DNA of 64,000 bases from Klebsormidium nitens. Lineage: Eukaryota > Plantae > Klebsormidiophyceae. Below the pieces are notes generated by a model that was given only the letters and a program-made list of their open reading frames with translations, made no database searches and was not told the DNA's origin. Below are positions 1 through 13,400 of the stretch, in pieces. Where the stretch lies: contig DF237476.1 in assembly GCA_000708835.1 (NCBI GenBank), positions 100 to 64,099 of the forward strand, read 5' to 3'. Position numbers and translations under genes: made by a program. Numbering within the stretch: the first letter of the stretch is position 1; every line of letters begins with the position of its first letter.

Positions 1-655
1 GATTTGGCCTATCAACTCTGTGTCGTCTTGCGTAGCCGCTCATACCATATAAGAGGCGAGGGCCAAGCGGTTAAGACTTATCAGCAATTACATAAGTTGA
101 AAAGATTCGAGCAAAAGAAACAAAGGAGAACCAAATGTTAGACAAGAAGGGCTCTTGATGCAAAAAGATCCACTGAAGCGGATGCGAGGAGGTCATGTAA
201 GGCTTTGTCATTGGTTACAATGAAGCAGCACAAATTTTTGAATCATTCCACAGATGCATGCGGCTTGCGAGTTTGCAGTGCAGCTTGACTCCGGGCAGGT
301 CTGCGGCACGTCAGTGACATAACATGCTGAAATCTTGCTGGAGTTCTAAACCTACAAACCACTCGACACGAAACAAGTTAGAACGATGTCCAAAAGGTTC
401 TAAACGATGTCCAATCTCCAATAGGTTCTAAATGAAGGATTTGATTTCATCTACAAGTTTTTGGTTCAAACATTACAATCTGGCGGACATAAATTTTTGA
501 TGGACTTTCAACTTTCTCTCAAACCGTGCATTTATGACACAATGAAAATCAACACCAAAATGCAAGTGGCCATTTATTGCACTAGCAAACCACCCAAGGC
601 CCAACTCCAACACAATGGACAAGAAGTTGGCACACAATTACGTGATGGCTTTAAA

Positions 656-842
656 GTTGCAAACAAAGAGAGCCTAGAAAGGATACCACCATACAGCAGT
701 AGAGCGCATAGCAATGCATGCACATGTGGCACCCCAGTCACGGTGACCGCCGAGGCTTTAGGCCCAATTTTTAATGATGGAGACAAAACGTTCAGTTTAG
801 CTGGGGCCTTGACAAACAAAGAAAGCCTAGAAAGGGATACAT
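656..842 (+). repeat. Imperfect ~30-bp direct repeat
   Basis: 'gttgcaaacaaagagagcctagaaaggatacca' (~656-688) vs 'ttgacaaacaaagaaagcctagaaagggataca' (~809-841). Confidence 0.7.
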
Positions 843-1299
843 AGTGTGTGAATCCCAATGCTGCCCTCGTGTCAACTGCAAGCCCGCGTATCAAACCCAA
901 GTTGCTTCAAAACACTGTGCACACTTTGAAGGCAAGGTGGTGTGTTTTACAAGCAATGTGGTCAACCCAGATGCAAAAACCAGAAGGCTTTACAATGGTT
1001 ACAAGGGAGCACCAAACGTGACTAGCCTACAATCGTTGACAACGCCACTTCGGACATCTTGGCCCCAACCAAGAAGAATTCATTACTAGTGCAATTCTGG
1101 CGGCCAGGCACAAAGCACCATAAGCAGGCAGTCGAACTTCCAAGCATCAATCAAATCCGCAAGATTTTCTAGCCACAAAAACATCTGATTTAGAATGAAC
1201 ATGGATTGATCAATACTTATATTAGCTAGCGGCCAACAACGAAAACAGCCAACTTTAGGATCTACTTACGCACATTTTCTATGGCCAACGTGGTCCCCT

Positions 1300-4200
1300 T
1301 TGAACGAAGTCAACTTCAAGCCGAAGTTTGATTTGGTGGTGGTTCTAGGGCACTTGGCTAAACAAGCGGCCCTTGAAGTCGTAAAGTTGTTCCACCCTCG
1401 TAGTACTAACGCTTAGAGTACTAAGAGAAACCAGACTCATTTTACTAGGATCCCACTCTATTTTCAGCAAGTGGATCTACGGGCCGAAATAAAATTACCA
1501 TTGTCTGTCTGGATCAATGTGAAAATTGTGCTCCACAAGCTTGGGTAATGACAGATGGGAAGGCTCTGCCACCTTCTCTACCTGTAGACACTTTTTCTAG
1601 AAGGCCCATCTTTCAAGGGCAAGACAGCACTGGGCACTCTCTTGGGCCCAAGTGCTGTCTTGCCCAAACAAATTCACATCTCGTGTGACAAAGCGGTAAC
1701 GATGTCTTCCCTTCGCCGTCCTGCACTTGAAGCAGACTCAAAACCAACGAGTTTGGAAGAGCTTGAAGAGAACCAACTCGCACATATGTATGTCTCTTTC
1801 ACCACAGGGAAAGCCAAATGTGATATATACAGATGAGGTCCAGTAGTGTACAAGGGGATTCTAGCAAGTTTATCCAGCCAGACTGTCAGACTTGTTCTAG
1901 CACTTTGATTGTGCTTTCATTTTTGCCCTAGAAGCTTCTTTACTTGCCTTTGCCGCTTTGTCCAAGCGCGACGAGGCATTGCACACCTTCCTAGACGGCC
2001 TTTGCAATGAAAGAACCACAACCCTCGTGGTCTCTTCCGNNNNNNNNNNNNNNNNNNNNNNNNNNNNNNNNNNNNNNGTGCTGACATACTGTGGGCTGTA
2101 CTTGACCTGTACATGTGTACTTTTCGACCGTACGGGTGTACATTTTCAAAATCTCCGGGTCCACGGACCTACGGGAAGGTCTTGGGTTCGACCCCAACCA
2201 AGATCGCCAAAAACTTTTCTTTCTACCATGCCGCTAGGGAGCTAGGATTATGAGTGCCGGAATTGGCCCTACCTGATCCTGCGAACGCCCATTGGCGCTT
2301 GTTTCCTTCCTTGTGTATACCCTCATTGAGAATCGAAGCATGGGCTTGAAATTCCCTTGCGACTGAAGGTAAACTGGGACCTCCTCGTTTGGCAACAGGT
2401 GTGCTCGGAACCCTTGATTTTGCACGTCCATGCAATCATTTAGAGGACTGGGCTCTCGGTCCTCCTTGTTCTTCGACGTGTTTACCCATATCTTCTTCTG
2501 GAGTCTCTTCAGGAAGTCCCTGTTCAAGTCGTTTCGGTTCCACCCATGAATGGCAAAGCACCAGCTCTTCTTGGTGTCGGCGTTGGGGATTCCTTTTGCC
2601 AACTCCTCAGCAACGACTGCAAGAGCACACCTGTGTTGAAGCTTCCTTCTTGATCCGAACCTCTTACCTCTTCGTTTCGAAGTCACTTTGAAATGCACAC
2701 GTCACTTCCCGCATCTAGCTGCACATGGTTGTATGGCCAACCCACACCGGTGGCAGAATTACCTTCGATAAAAGCTTTTGTGGTCGTGACTCGTGACTCG
2801 ATTGAACCAATTCAACTCTGGAGAGCTCTAACTAGTATGAAACCAATTGTTGACCACAAAAAGAAGATGTGGTTCGTCAGCAAAGAGGTTGTAGCTAGCC
2901 TAGTAGGCAGCAACATTCCTTGAATCATGACTTCGCCACCTTGTAGTCGGTTGGGGGGTAGAAAGCCCGACAACTTGATGAAGGCTAATCGCGTTTCTCC
3001 GTGAACCTTCGACTCTTTTCGACAGTTGCCCGTTTGTACTTTCGTGTGGTGTTGCATGTTTGTGGGCGTTGTGATTCCTTCGTTCTGCTGCCCAAAGCAT
3101 GAGAATTGAAGTCTCCTCTCCAAGAATCTTGACCTTCTTTGGAAGCTGGACTTGATCGGAGACGGGGGCCCTTGGCGCATGCGGGGCCATTTCGGAACAC
3201 GATCCTGCTTGAAACGTCCCATTTGTTCCCAATGTGTTGAGGGGCTGTCACGTTCAATGGTTCATCGTGACTATGGGCGTGTGGGCTCTGCATACCCTTT
3301 ATCTTGCTTGATAGTGACTCAAGGACCAGGAGGACTTTAAGGTCAAAGCGCACCACATTACCTTGTATGTCCCAAGGCCTTGCCCTTGCAAAATCGCATG
3401 AAGACATCCTGGTCGTAGGCCGGCAACCGATCATATGCGTGCCGTCTGATGTAAGGTTGTCCGCTTGGTCGCAGATGGCGAGAATTTCCCTCAACAAGAC
3501 CTGCAAACAAGACAGTAGAGATCAATCCTGGAATAGGTGAAAAAAGGACAACAAAACTCCATGCTGGAATCAACCCGAACAGACCGCACTCTTTTCAAAA
3601 CAAATCTGCAAGCAACCCACATTAAGGTAGTGGACCTTGTGTCTTTGCTTCCATGCCTTACCAGAGGCCAAAAGCACACCAAACGTGCATGCTTGTCCAA
3701 AGGGTACGGAGCATGAGAAGTCAGCTCAAGCCTGGGTGCCCAGAAAGGTTGCAAATTGATGGGGCCACCCAAGATAGCTAGACGTTTGCTATTAATTACA
3801 AGTCAATATATCTCGTCTAAGATAAGTGCATGAAGCATAACCTACCTCATCGTTGGCAGTCTTGGGTGCAAAGAGAACCTGAGCGATGAAGTCGTCGTCG
3901 GTGGGGTGGTCTTCGCTGTTGTGACCATCCGTAGGGGCCGCAAGCTCGAAGGGGATGTTGTAGTCAAGCTCCAGTTTTGAGCAATCTAGTGCTGCTACAT
4001 TGTCCAGTTTAGTGCTTAGCACCATGGGAACTGAAACGACCTGCAAAACGATGCGTGGACAAAGGTTGCGAAGTGCAGGTCGGTTTGTTGAGAGTGAGGT
4101 TTCAAAGTCCTACATAAAAGTCGACTTCGGAGCATGCTTGTTGCTCAAGATAGTCCTCGGGGAATCATGTCCAGACTTGCGGCGAACTTCAAGCATAAAT

Positions 4201-6400
4201 GTGAAAAGAGCATGGCCGACACAGACCAAGCATGCTTTGATTGTACAAAGAGAGACGAAAAAGAACATGAAGGGACGAAGCGGGGACGAAGCATTGTGCA
4301 CACAGCTCGCCAAAGTATATAGCCATTTGCGCAGACGGTCGACATTTTACCAGAGCAGTCTGCATCTCCTGGGTGATGGACTCCACATCCATGTACGACG
4401 GCCCCTCCCAAAATTCTTGCTCCGTCAGTTCAAACTCCCACGAGTGCGGCAATGGTGCTTGAGGAGACCCCGAATCCTGCGTAGGTACCAGGACGTGAAA
4501 GGCATTAGCGGTGCTCACAAGCAGACACAATATTCAACGGCTTTCAACTTCCTTCATCAATATGCTTGCATATTCTCCAAGAGCCCAGAGCCCAGCACTT
4601 AGAGCACTTCTTGGTTACAGACCGATGAGTCTCGTGTTTCAAGCCAAAAAACAGTCCCTAGACTCGGGGTCTGACGAAGTTCGTACATATGGACTTGATT
4701 TTGTCTGAACCTCATAACAATCCTGGTCACTTCCCAACTTGATGGTTTGGAATCACAGGGAACTGTCGGTACTGACACAACATACTAGTACTAAGGCAAA
4801 GAGCGTGTGGTATTAGGGCATATTCCAGAACTGCAGCCACAACGTTTCATGAGCATCTCAGGCAAGGGCAGCCAGAAGCGCCTCGTTCAATCAGTCCAGG
4901 AGCGAAGCCACAACGTATCCATAGATTCCATCAAAACCTCCCTACTCATAGAAGGAATTGTAATCGATGGCTCGACTACCAGGGAACGGCAGCATTTCAG
5001 CAATACATGAATGCAATTTTAAATACGGATGACACGCATCCAGATAGATTGTCAGATTATACTCCTGCCAAAACCCAAAGCCAAACACAGTGAAACACAA
5101 CTTGACCAATCTGATGCAAAAGTAAGTCGTTCAGCTTCATCCCCCGTGCTGAGACATGTGTTGACGTAGTCGCAGAAAACCTGAACACGAGGGAAAGCTC
5201 TGAATTGAAGCTTACCGCCTCAGAGTCAGGGCAGGCATCATCGCCAGTGGGGAGGTTGTCGGAGTCAGGCCCGTCGGAACCACAATCTTCAGAGAGCTCA
5301 GGAAGGTCAGTGTTGACCTCCTTGAAGAACTCTTCTTCTGGTGTCAGCTGCATGAGGAAACAAGAAGAATGATTCAGCAAGTGGCCCTGAATCCCAGGTT
5401 GCAAAGCACAACCAAGAACGACACTGCAGGGACTGAGACTGATGGATGAGTACAGCAATACTGCTGTAATGCACACATGGAAGAATGGAGAGATGGGGCC
5501 TCTGATAGGTGTCAGAAATCCAAAACCGACGGATTGACTTAACAGTACCCTTTCACATGCATATGCTTGAAGTGTCGAGAAGACAGTAAAAGCACTGGCA
5601 TCAAAGTGCGCGAAAGACTTACCCCCCCAGGTTTTGTGGGGTCAGGTTCCAGGCAGTGCATAGACTTCGCCACGTCTGCAAAACAATAGACGGCGGAGAT
5701 GTCACATATCTTTTACAACCAGTGTGGGGTCAGTAGTTTCTGAGCACCTGGCGTCGCGCCTGGCCTGCTTCCCTTGACGAGCGGTGAGTACCAAGGACAG
5801 TGGTTCTGCAGGTGGCAGAGCAAGTAATCGTGCCTACAGGCCTGGGGCATGCTTGCTGCAGTCCACATTAGAGTGACTGCACATTGCTTTTCAGTATTGC
5901 ATTCATCTGCATTGTCAATATCATTGCATGTACTGTGATGTCAACATGAGCTGTGAGTCCATACCTGTGGCCGCATCGTCGGCAGCCAGCCCGTAGGGTT
6001 GGGCGGGCAAAAAGTCAAACCTGCTTGCAATCCTGCTGACTGCTCCCGCGCAACCTTTCTGATAGATTCTCTGTCTTTTGACAGAGTCCTTCTGTAATTT
6101 GAGAGCAGGCGCTAATTGATTTCTGGCGCAGCTGCTACTGCGCTTCCGCTTGGGAATTGTGACCGCGCAAGTGGCCGAAGCAAACATCCTGATTCTGCTT
6201 GCACAGCACAGCCAGTGCCAGCTACGGCAGGTGCCGGGTACAAGGCCTCATCACACAGGAAAGGGACCTGCAGCTCAACATTGACAAAAGCATGCGCCTC
6301 AAGCAGGTGAAGCGTCTGACTGGCTACTGAACTTTCCAAGTTGAGGTCTGCGAAAGTCTGGATATCAGTCAGAGAGAAGGCTTACAAATCCCAACCGGGG
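1300..6400 (-). mobile_element. Decayed transposon-like region, possibly a CACTA/EnSpm-type transposase remnant
   Basis: Fragmented ORFs, no coherent gene model, and few CpGs by eye. Minus-strand fragments loosely resemble CACTA transposase motifs: 'LAILGGPINLQPFWAP' (~3730-3785, cf. IPGP..L..YL.PL), 'RFDLKVLLVL' (~3320-3350) and 'VHGETRLAFIKLSGF..EVM' (~2925-3010). Similarity judged by eye only; no terminal repeats found; boundaries approximate. Confidence 0.3.
2040..2077. other. Assembly gap (38 N)
   Basis: Run of N in the sequence. Confidence 0.99.
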
Positions 6401-7471
6401 CCCGAGAGTCGGGTTGCCGTCGCCGAATCTCCAATGACACAAAACGTATCAACAAGGTCGCAGCACTCACTCTATCAGATCGACGGCTACAGCAAGCGGA
6501 CGTGAGCTCCCATCCCCTCTGCGTTACAGTGGTCCCGTCTCCTCGTAATTGGTAGAACCAGGTCGCCGGACAGGGCCGACAGGCCCTGGCTGACTGGTGA
6601 AATGAGAGCGAGTTCTTGAACGCACTCCCAGACTCTGCAACAATTTAGCCCAACAAACAAGTACTACCATGTGCTACACGTGATGCCCGTACCATTCCAC
6701 CGAGTCGAAGCTGGCCGTCCCATCATGAGCTAGGTAATCATGCTGCGAGCGCGCGCGCGTAGCTTGCAACCTCAGGCGGCGCCCAATATCACTGCTCAGA
6801 GTGCATCATGGCTGGCATGGCTTCACTAAGTGCGACTGAGGCCCGCGGCGCTAACTACGGTACTAGTCACGGTAGCTCCGCTCGCCATCCGATCGTCGCA
6901 CATGCATGCCACGAGTACGAGACCGCGTCGAGCAATGCCGGCGAGCGGGCTCACTGCGCGTATTTTGCTTCTCAATTTAGCTTGACATGATCAGCATGCC
7001 ACAAATGAAGTATGCATGTGCCAGTTTGCATCCTCGGTAGATCCATGTGATGCCCGGCACGATGGCTTGTTCATGGATTATTGATCATCACAGCCGGTAG
7101 CTTCGGCCTAAGGCGGCCGTATGTTTCTTTAGATGCAAGGTTGTCTCTTCAGACGTGCAGAATTGCCTAATGTTCGATCTCGAACCGATCTTGCTGTGCA
7201 TGTGTGGCCCGATCTTTATATCCAGTTTCCCACTCCATCCTAGATAGTAGGATGGTCACATACTTAGGAGGAACAAACAGGTGTCGACCAGCGATTGAGT
7301 GAGGTTGACCAGAAAACACGGAGCCATACTGAAAGATGTGAATCACATCCTGAATCCTGTGACGACGTTGTCTTTGGACAATGGTCACAAAAGCTGTGTC
7401 AAAAAGGGGTCTTACGGTGAACTCAATGAACAAGACTTCGCAAGCGTCTGCCTCTTCTGAAACGCTTGCTG

Positions 7472-10400
7472 TTATCCAGACGGGTACTTCAGCTGCAAAG
7501 GTTGCAAAGCGTCTTGTACTGCACTCAGCACTTTCTTGTTTCGACGGCACACGTCGGAAAGCTCATCGACGGCTGTCGTAAGCTGTTCTCGGTGGTCGCT
7601 ATTGCTAGACGCGACTTGAGCCACCGCCTGGATGAAAGCATCCTTCTCACCGTTGGATAGGGCCGAATCTGGAATCAGCCCCAGCGTCTGCTGCGTCCAT
7701 TGTACAATGGACTGCCCAACTAGGGGCGCGAAGTAGGACAGCGTGTCGATCAACTGTATCACAGAGGAGCGAATTTGTTACGGCCCGTTTGTCCGCTCTC
7801 CTTTTTCACCAGGCGACGAAATGTTGCGATGCGAAATTCAAACAATCGGCGGGTTTCATCTGACCGGCTCGCTTGATATGCAGATCCAACCACTCTGACG
7901 ACGCTGCAGAGTAGCAAAGAAACTCAGTTTCTATCGCTTTCCATAAAGACCTTTCTTGCTCCCGAGAGTGGACGCAAGCTGGGCCTGCCCTCCAATCGAA
8001 ACATGCAGAAGAGCCTCACTTCGTCTAGCCGGGCCTCTGGCAAAGCTCCCGTGATCCCGGCGATGAGAATGCGCAGCAACGTCGGCCCCCGAGGCTGGAT
8101 CGCTGCCTCGACGCTGCTCCTGACGTCAGCGCCCTCCCGGGACTTGACCAGCTCCAGGACTTGTTGCAGGAACGAGAGGATGGACCGGCAGGCCTCCCTG
8201 TCGCACGTAAACAGAAATGAACGGCTTCAGAACAGGGATACGAGGATTCTGGCACGAGCTCTGAGGTTCTGCTACTATTCGACGCCTCTCTTTCAACAGA
8301 AGCGTGAGAGCGGAAGAACAGTCTTCAGGGCGTTGAATCTCCTGCAGTTGTCGCCCAAGCCCCGAAGCGCGGAAAATTCTGGAGAGACAGTGACAGCAAG
8401 CAGAAGCTCCGAGCTCCAATTGCTCGCAAGCAGAACCTGGGCTAAAACCTGCCAGACAAAACACAAACTCGAAAATGGGTCCGCTTGAGTTGCGTCTCCA
8501 TGTGACTCAGGACAGAACTGGGCCGGAAACAGGGCGCACCTGTGCTGCACCGTGATCCCCGTGAGGGCGCAGTCCAGCAGCTGCGGCAGGAGCGGGGAGG
8601 CCCCGATGAGCTGCGGGCAGTAGCGCAGGCACCGCCCCGCTAACAGGAAGCAGTCGTCCGCGAGGTCGGGGTGCGCAGTGAAGTCCTGCGCAGCAGGAGA
8701 GGACTGGTTTAGAAGAGAACGACGTTGCTTGCCTCCAGGGAGGGCGGGTGTGGAGAATAGCGCACAGAATTCCGCAAAGGGGCGCTTCGGTGGCGTTGTG
8801 ATGAGGGAGGACTGACTGGTCCACTGATGGCCTCTTGCCAAGCTGTTGCAGTCAATCCAACACAAAGAGCAGTGACAACAGAGGTCTTTACCGGCCCCTC
8901 TCACTCGGCGTCGAGAGCGGACTACAAAAGAAGTGCACGCAGAGAGGTTGTTTGCTCTCAAGATAAAAGCGCGATGGTTTTTAGAAGCTGGTGGCTGTTT
9001 CTTTAGCGGCCCAAGGCTCACCGAGATGGTCTTGAGAGAGGAGAGCGTTTCGGGGAAGAGGCTGTTGAGGAGGAAGCCGACGGTGTCCTTTTGGGAAGTG
9101 TGCATCCCAAAGACCTGATCCAGACCGGAGAACGTCAGCGTGATTGACAGGACGTTGACCGCACGCAGTCAAGGAACACTAAGAGTGCCGTGTCAAGGCA
9201 CAACAAGACTCAGGTTGCGGCTGACGGGAGTAAACCTCGACGGGCGTCGAACGGAGACAGATGTCTGGGAAGTTCTGATCGTCGACATGCACTGAAATGT
9301 CGGTCTATCCGCTCTCCTTTCCAGTAAAAATAAGGAAATGAAGGCTGTAAGGAGCTGTGCACGCAGATTTGGCCAAAGCTTTCAGCCACTCTCCCGCTGC
9401 CACGTGTCCTCACCTTGACGACCTCGCTGGCGACGTAGAGCAGGCACGACTGGTGCGTCCCCTGGTAGCGCAGCTGCACCTCGTTGGCAATGGCGGGCAA
9501 CATGGGCGCCAGGTCCGTACCGCACGTGCGAAGCTGCACAGTGTGTCCAAAAAAGACGTGAGCCTTAGATTATTTTTAGGTGTCCAAAAGATAACGTCAG
9601 AAGCAGGAGTGGACCAATGAGGTGGCGTCCACTAGTTTCGACTGTTATTGTACACCTTATCGACCCACACCTCAAACAAAAGAACTCTCTTCTTGAGGCT
9701 CTGCACGCAGTTTGGAGCGCCCGCTTTCTGCGCGGGGAGCTTGTACAAGATGGGCAAGGGACGGCAAGGGACGGCAAGGGAAGAGGGTCGATAAGCGCCT
9801 AGAGAGATGCACGCAAGCACGCTCGGCAGGTAAAACATCCCTGCTCTGGGAATACTCTTGAAGAAGACCGTTGAGCTCCGTTGGCGACACGACTATGTTC
9901 TACGTCCTGCCTTGATGAGATGGCAAGAGGAGCGACAATCCTAGAACAGTGCCAGCAGAGTTAGCAGTGACCCGGATGAATCCTATTGTGTGTTCTGTCT
10001 TCTTTCTTTTCAGTTTTTCCTAGGCCCGCGGTACAGAACATGGCATATGACAATTTAGAATCGCACTCACTGCCAGCTTGCACGCCCGGCAGAGCCGCTC
10101 CATAATGCGTGTGTCCCCGCCCTTGAGCGCAAACAGCGTCTGCACCAGCGGCCACATTCGCCCAAACGCATCGGCGAGCGGCCGCGGCGACCGGTAGCAC
10201 CGAAACACTTCGGACAGACGGTCCAAGTGCTGTACGAAGAGTCCGGCGCTCGGCGTGCTCCCCTGCTGCGTCGCCACTGCTAGTTGCTGCAGGGGGGTGA
10301 GAATCGGAACGCAGAGAGACTGTAACAGTTGCTCCCCGCGTTCCGTGGGGAGCTTGTTGACAACTTTGCATACGCCCTCGATCACGTGCATCACGTGCTC

Positions 10401-13400
10401 GTTCTCGAGCCGGATCGGGGGATCCCCCGGGCGCGTCTCGGGGTTGAGGGTCCGCTCGTAGAGGCCCAGGAGGGCGTCCATGTGGCCGCTCGTAGAAGCG
10501 ATATGCACGGAACACGTGTCACACACGTGTTGGAGGGCGACGGCCGCGGCCGAGGGGGCCTCTTCTTGCGCGCTGAGCGCGGTCGCCAGAAGCGTGAGCA
10601 CGGGGGGGAGGAGCGCGGAAACGTTGCGGGCGGAAGCGAGCCACTCGGAATAAGCGGCGATCGTCAGCGCTGACGTGTACAGTAACTGCGGGTGGTGTGG
10701 CGGCACGGACGGCAGCAGCGCCATAATCTCTGGAAGGACTGACGCCTCGGTGGAGGGGACCAATCGCGAGATGCCACGTATGCAGTAGAGGGACGCCTCA
10801 AAGGTCTGCCAGTCGTTGGAAGCGGAGAGGTTTTGGGCGGCCTGGAAGAGGGGCTGCCCGAGGAGTGCGAGGAGGGACTCGCCGCCGAGGACCTCGCCCA
10901 CGTCAAGGAGGACGTCAGCGACGGAATAGCGTGTGTGCTTGAAGTCGGCCTTCTGGTCCTTGCGCCACGTGTCGAAGCCGGGAGGGTACCTGCAACAATG
11001 TTGGAATCAATTGAACGCCGCAGAGCAGCAATGAATTGGCGGAGAGGGGATAATGTCAGGGTTGATGGTACAAACGGAGCATTCGGAAACCCTTGCTTGA
11101 GGCTGCAATCCCTACTTCCTCCTTGCGTTGGCTACTCGCGTTTAGGAGCAGTGAACGCGCGCTTATCGAGGGTGACCGAAGAGGCGATAAGCTGAACCCA
11201 GATGTTAGGAACAGACTAGCCCGTTGCTACTCAGGCAAACTTCCGTTACTGCGCCTTTTCCGGACGGCAACTGGACACGTCGCTTTCTGCTCATTATCAT
11301 GCGCCTCAGAAGAACAAAGAGGAACGCACGAGTTTGGCAAATAGCACTACAGAACCCTATATATCCATCGGTTTACAATACCCTCACCTGACGCGACCAG
11401 TGACAAGGGACACCAGCATCTGGAAGAGGGGTCGGAACAGCGCCAGCCGGCGCTCCTTTTCGTTGATGACGGCGGCGCTCCCGGCGGACCCGCTCGGGGA
11501 GTTCCCCCCCTGCGGCTTGCTGGTGAGCGCGCGGCTCAGCTTGTGCCAAAAGTTGAACGTCGTGCTGGCGATGGTGTCGTCCGGATGAGCCGCCACCTGA
11601 AACGGAGGAGAGGGGCGTTGCCGCACAACCCGATGCGAGGGCGACGAGTTCAGAAGCAACAAGATACCCGTCCAATTGTACAGTCACAAGGACATTTTAG
11701 AGTCTTTATCTGTTTCCTGCCAAACCGCACAACCCTTCCCCTGATAACTGACATCCACTGTCCACGGAGAAAGGTATGCGTCCTCGTCCAGAATCACTCA
11801 AGAGGGCCGTCACAGTGGATATACGCGCGTGGCCAACGCGTAATGACGGCACGACACGCGAGGTGATCATCCTTTATTAGACTTGACTCGTGGTTGCCAG
11901 CCGTCCGAACTGAGGTACACTCACAGGTGCAGACGCCCACTTGAAGAACGCTTTTATCAACTTTCAAGCCCACAGCACAACATTCATAAAGCAAGACAAA
12001 CATCACCCCCACAAAATGACTCGTTCTGACCAGCAAAAGTCCCTCTCTATGAAATGCTAGAGAGACGCACCTCCAGCATCGCCTGCGCCATGATCACCGC
12101 ATCCGGACTGCCGCTCGCGACAAGCTCCGAGTACGCCTCCGCCAGCTCCGCAAAGAGGCGCGCCATTGCCTTGGTCGTATCCTCGTCCTCCTCAACCTGA
12201 TTCTCCGAGTCGACCGGCACCGCCTCGCTGCCCTCGTTCTCGGCCTTCTCCGCGAGCGCTTGTCGGAGGGCGGCGTCGAAGCGGGGGCGCAGCGCCATGA
12301 CGCGGGGCACCAAGACCTGGAACCAGAAAGAGTGACGTGCTTGCTGGGGACGTTTGATTGTGAGTTGTTTGATCAATAGCGCCGCAGGAGAGTCAGAGCT
12401 CAGAAGTAGCTCGAAATTGAATTGTACAGGGTTTGGGCAGATCGTCGCTGGCAGCGACCAGCCAGCTTAGACCAGAGTACAGACAGGTCCCAAAGGAAAC
12501 GAGCGTTGTAAATCACAAGGTAATCATGAGAACCTTTGGGCTCCGATATAGTGCAAACAACCGCCCTGCCGAGGCTGCAACACAACACGGCAGCCATAAT
12601 GCATTGAATCGCTGTGTAGGTATATTCGCCCCCTCACCTGGACGAGCGGCATGTGCGCTAGAAGGTCCCCAAGGCCCTGCCCGCTGACTGTGTACCGGAT
12701 CAGCTCGCACACTGCATCCACCGCCGTGTCAAACGTCGCCTGCTCGTTCAGCCCATCAAGTGCCGCTTTCGTCAGCGGCTGGTTAACCAGGTCCTGTGCG
12801 GGCATGCCGTTGGCCAGCCGCAACCAAGCAGCAAACGCCTGCGAAGTACAGAGAGACAGAAAGCCGTCGTCGACAAGTGTGGACGAAGTAAGACGTACCG
12901 ACGACCAAGACGAAATCAGCAGCGCAGCGTTTTACCTCGTTGTGCCAATTATGTATCCATTAAGTGGGGAAGAAGCGTGAAGAGTGGAGGACAGACAGCC
13001 CCTCCTATGCAAACTAGATTTCCAAAGCGTCACGGCATTTCCATAATATAGGAGTAGGCTTTCCACTCCCTCTGCTTTCCTCTTCCAAGAGTTTCCAAAA
13101 CATCCAAGGAACGCTACAGGAAACCCCTCAAGATGCACGGGTTTTCGAGACAACCAAGAAACGCTACAGGAACCCCCTCACCGAGAGCAGCTTATTCACC
13201 ACTGCCTGGTCCCCCCCCTGCGCCGACAAGAACGCTCCCAGCAGGCCCAAAGCGTCCGGCACCGACGCCACAAGCTCCTCGGAGAACTGGCGCCTCCTAG
13301 CTGGCCGAATCGCAATCTTGTAGCTGGCTGACTCCCGCGGCAGCTCTGCTAGCATCTCCAGGAGGCCAGGCACTGCGCTTGGCTGCTCGTTGAGTTGCCG

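Noticed and set aside
4000-4602. 200-aa plus-strand ORF
   Set aside because: No recognisable domain; lies antisense to fragments in the decayed repeat-like region.
570-6850. CACTA terminal inverted repeats
   Set aside because: CACTA/TAGTG words occur, but I could not find a matching inverted pair with a target-site duplication.
8293-9105. 270-aa minus-strand ORF as a separate gene
   Set aside because: It is MOS14 exons 9 and 10 read through open introns.
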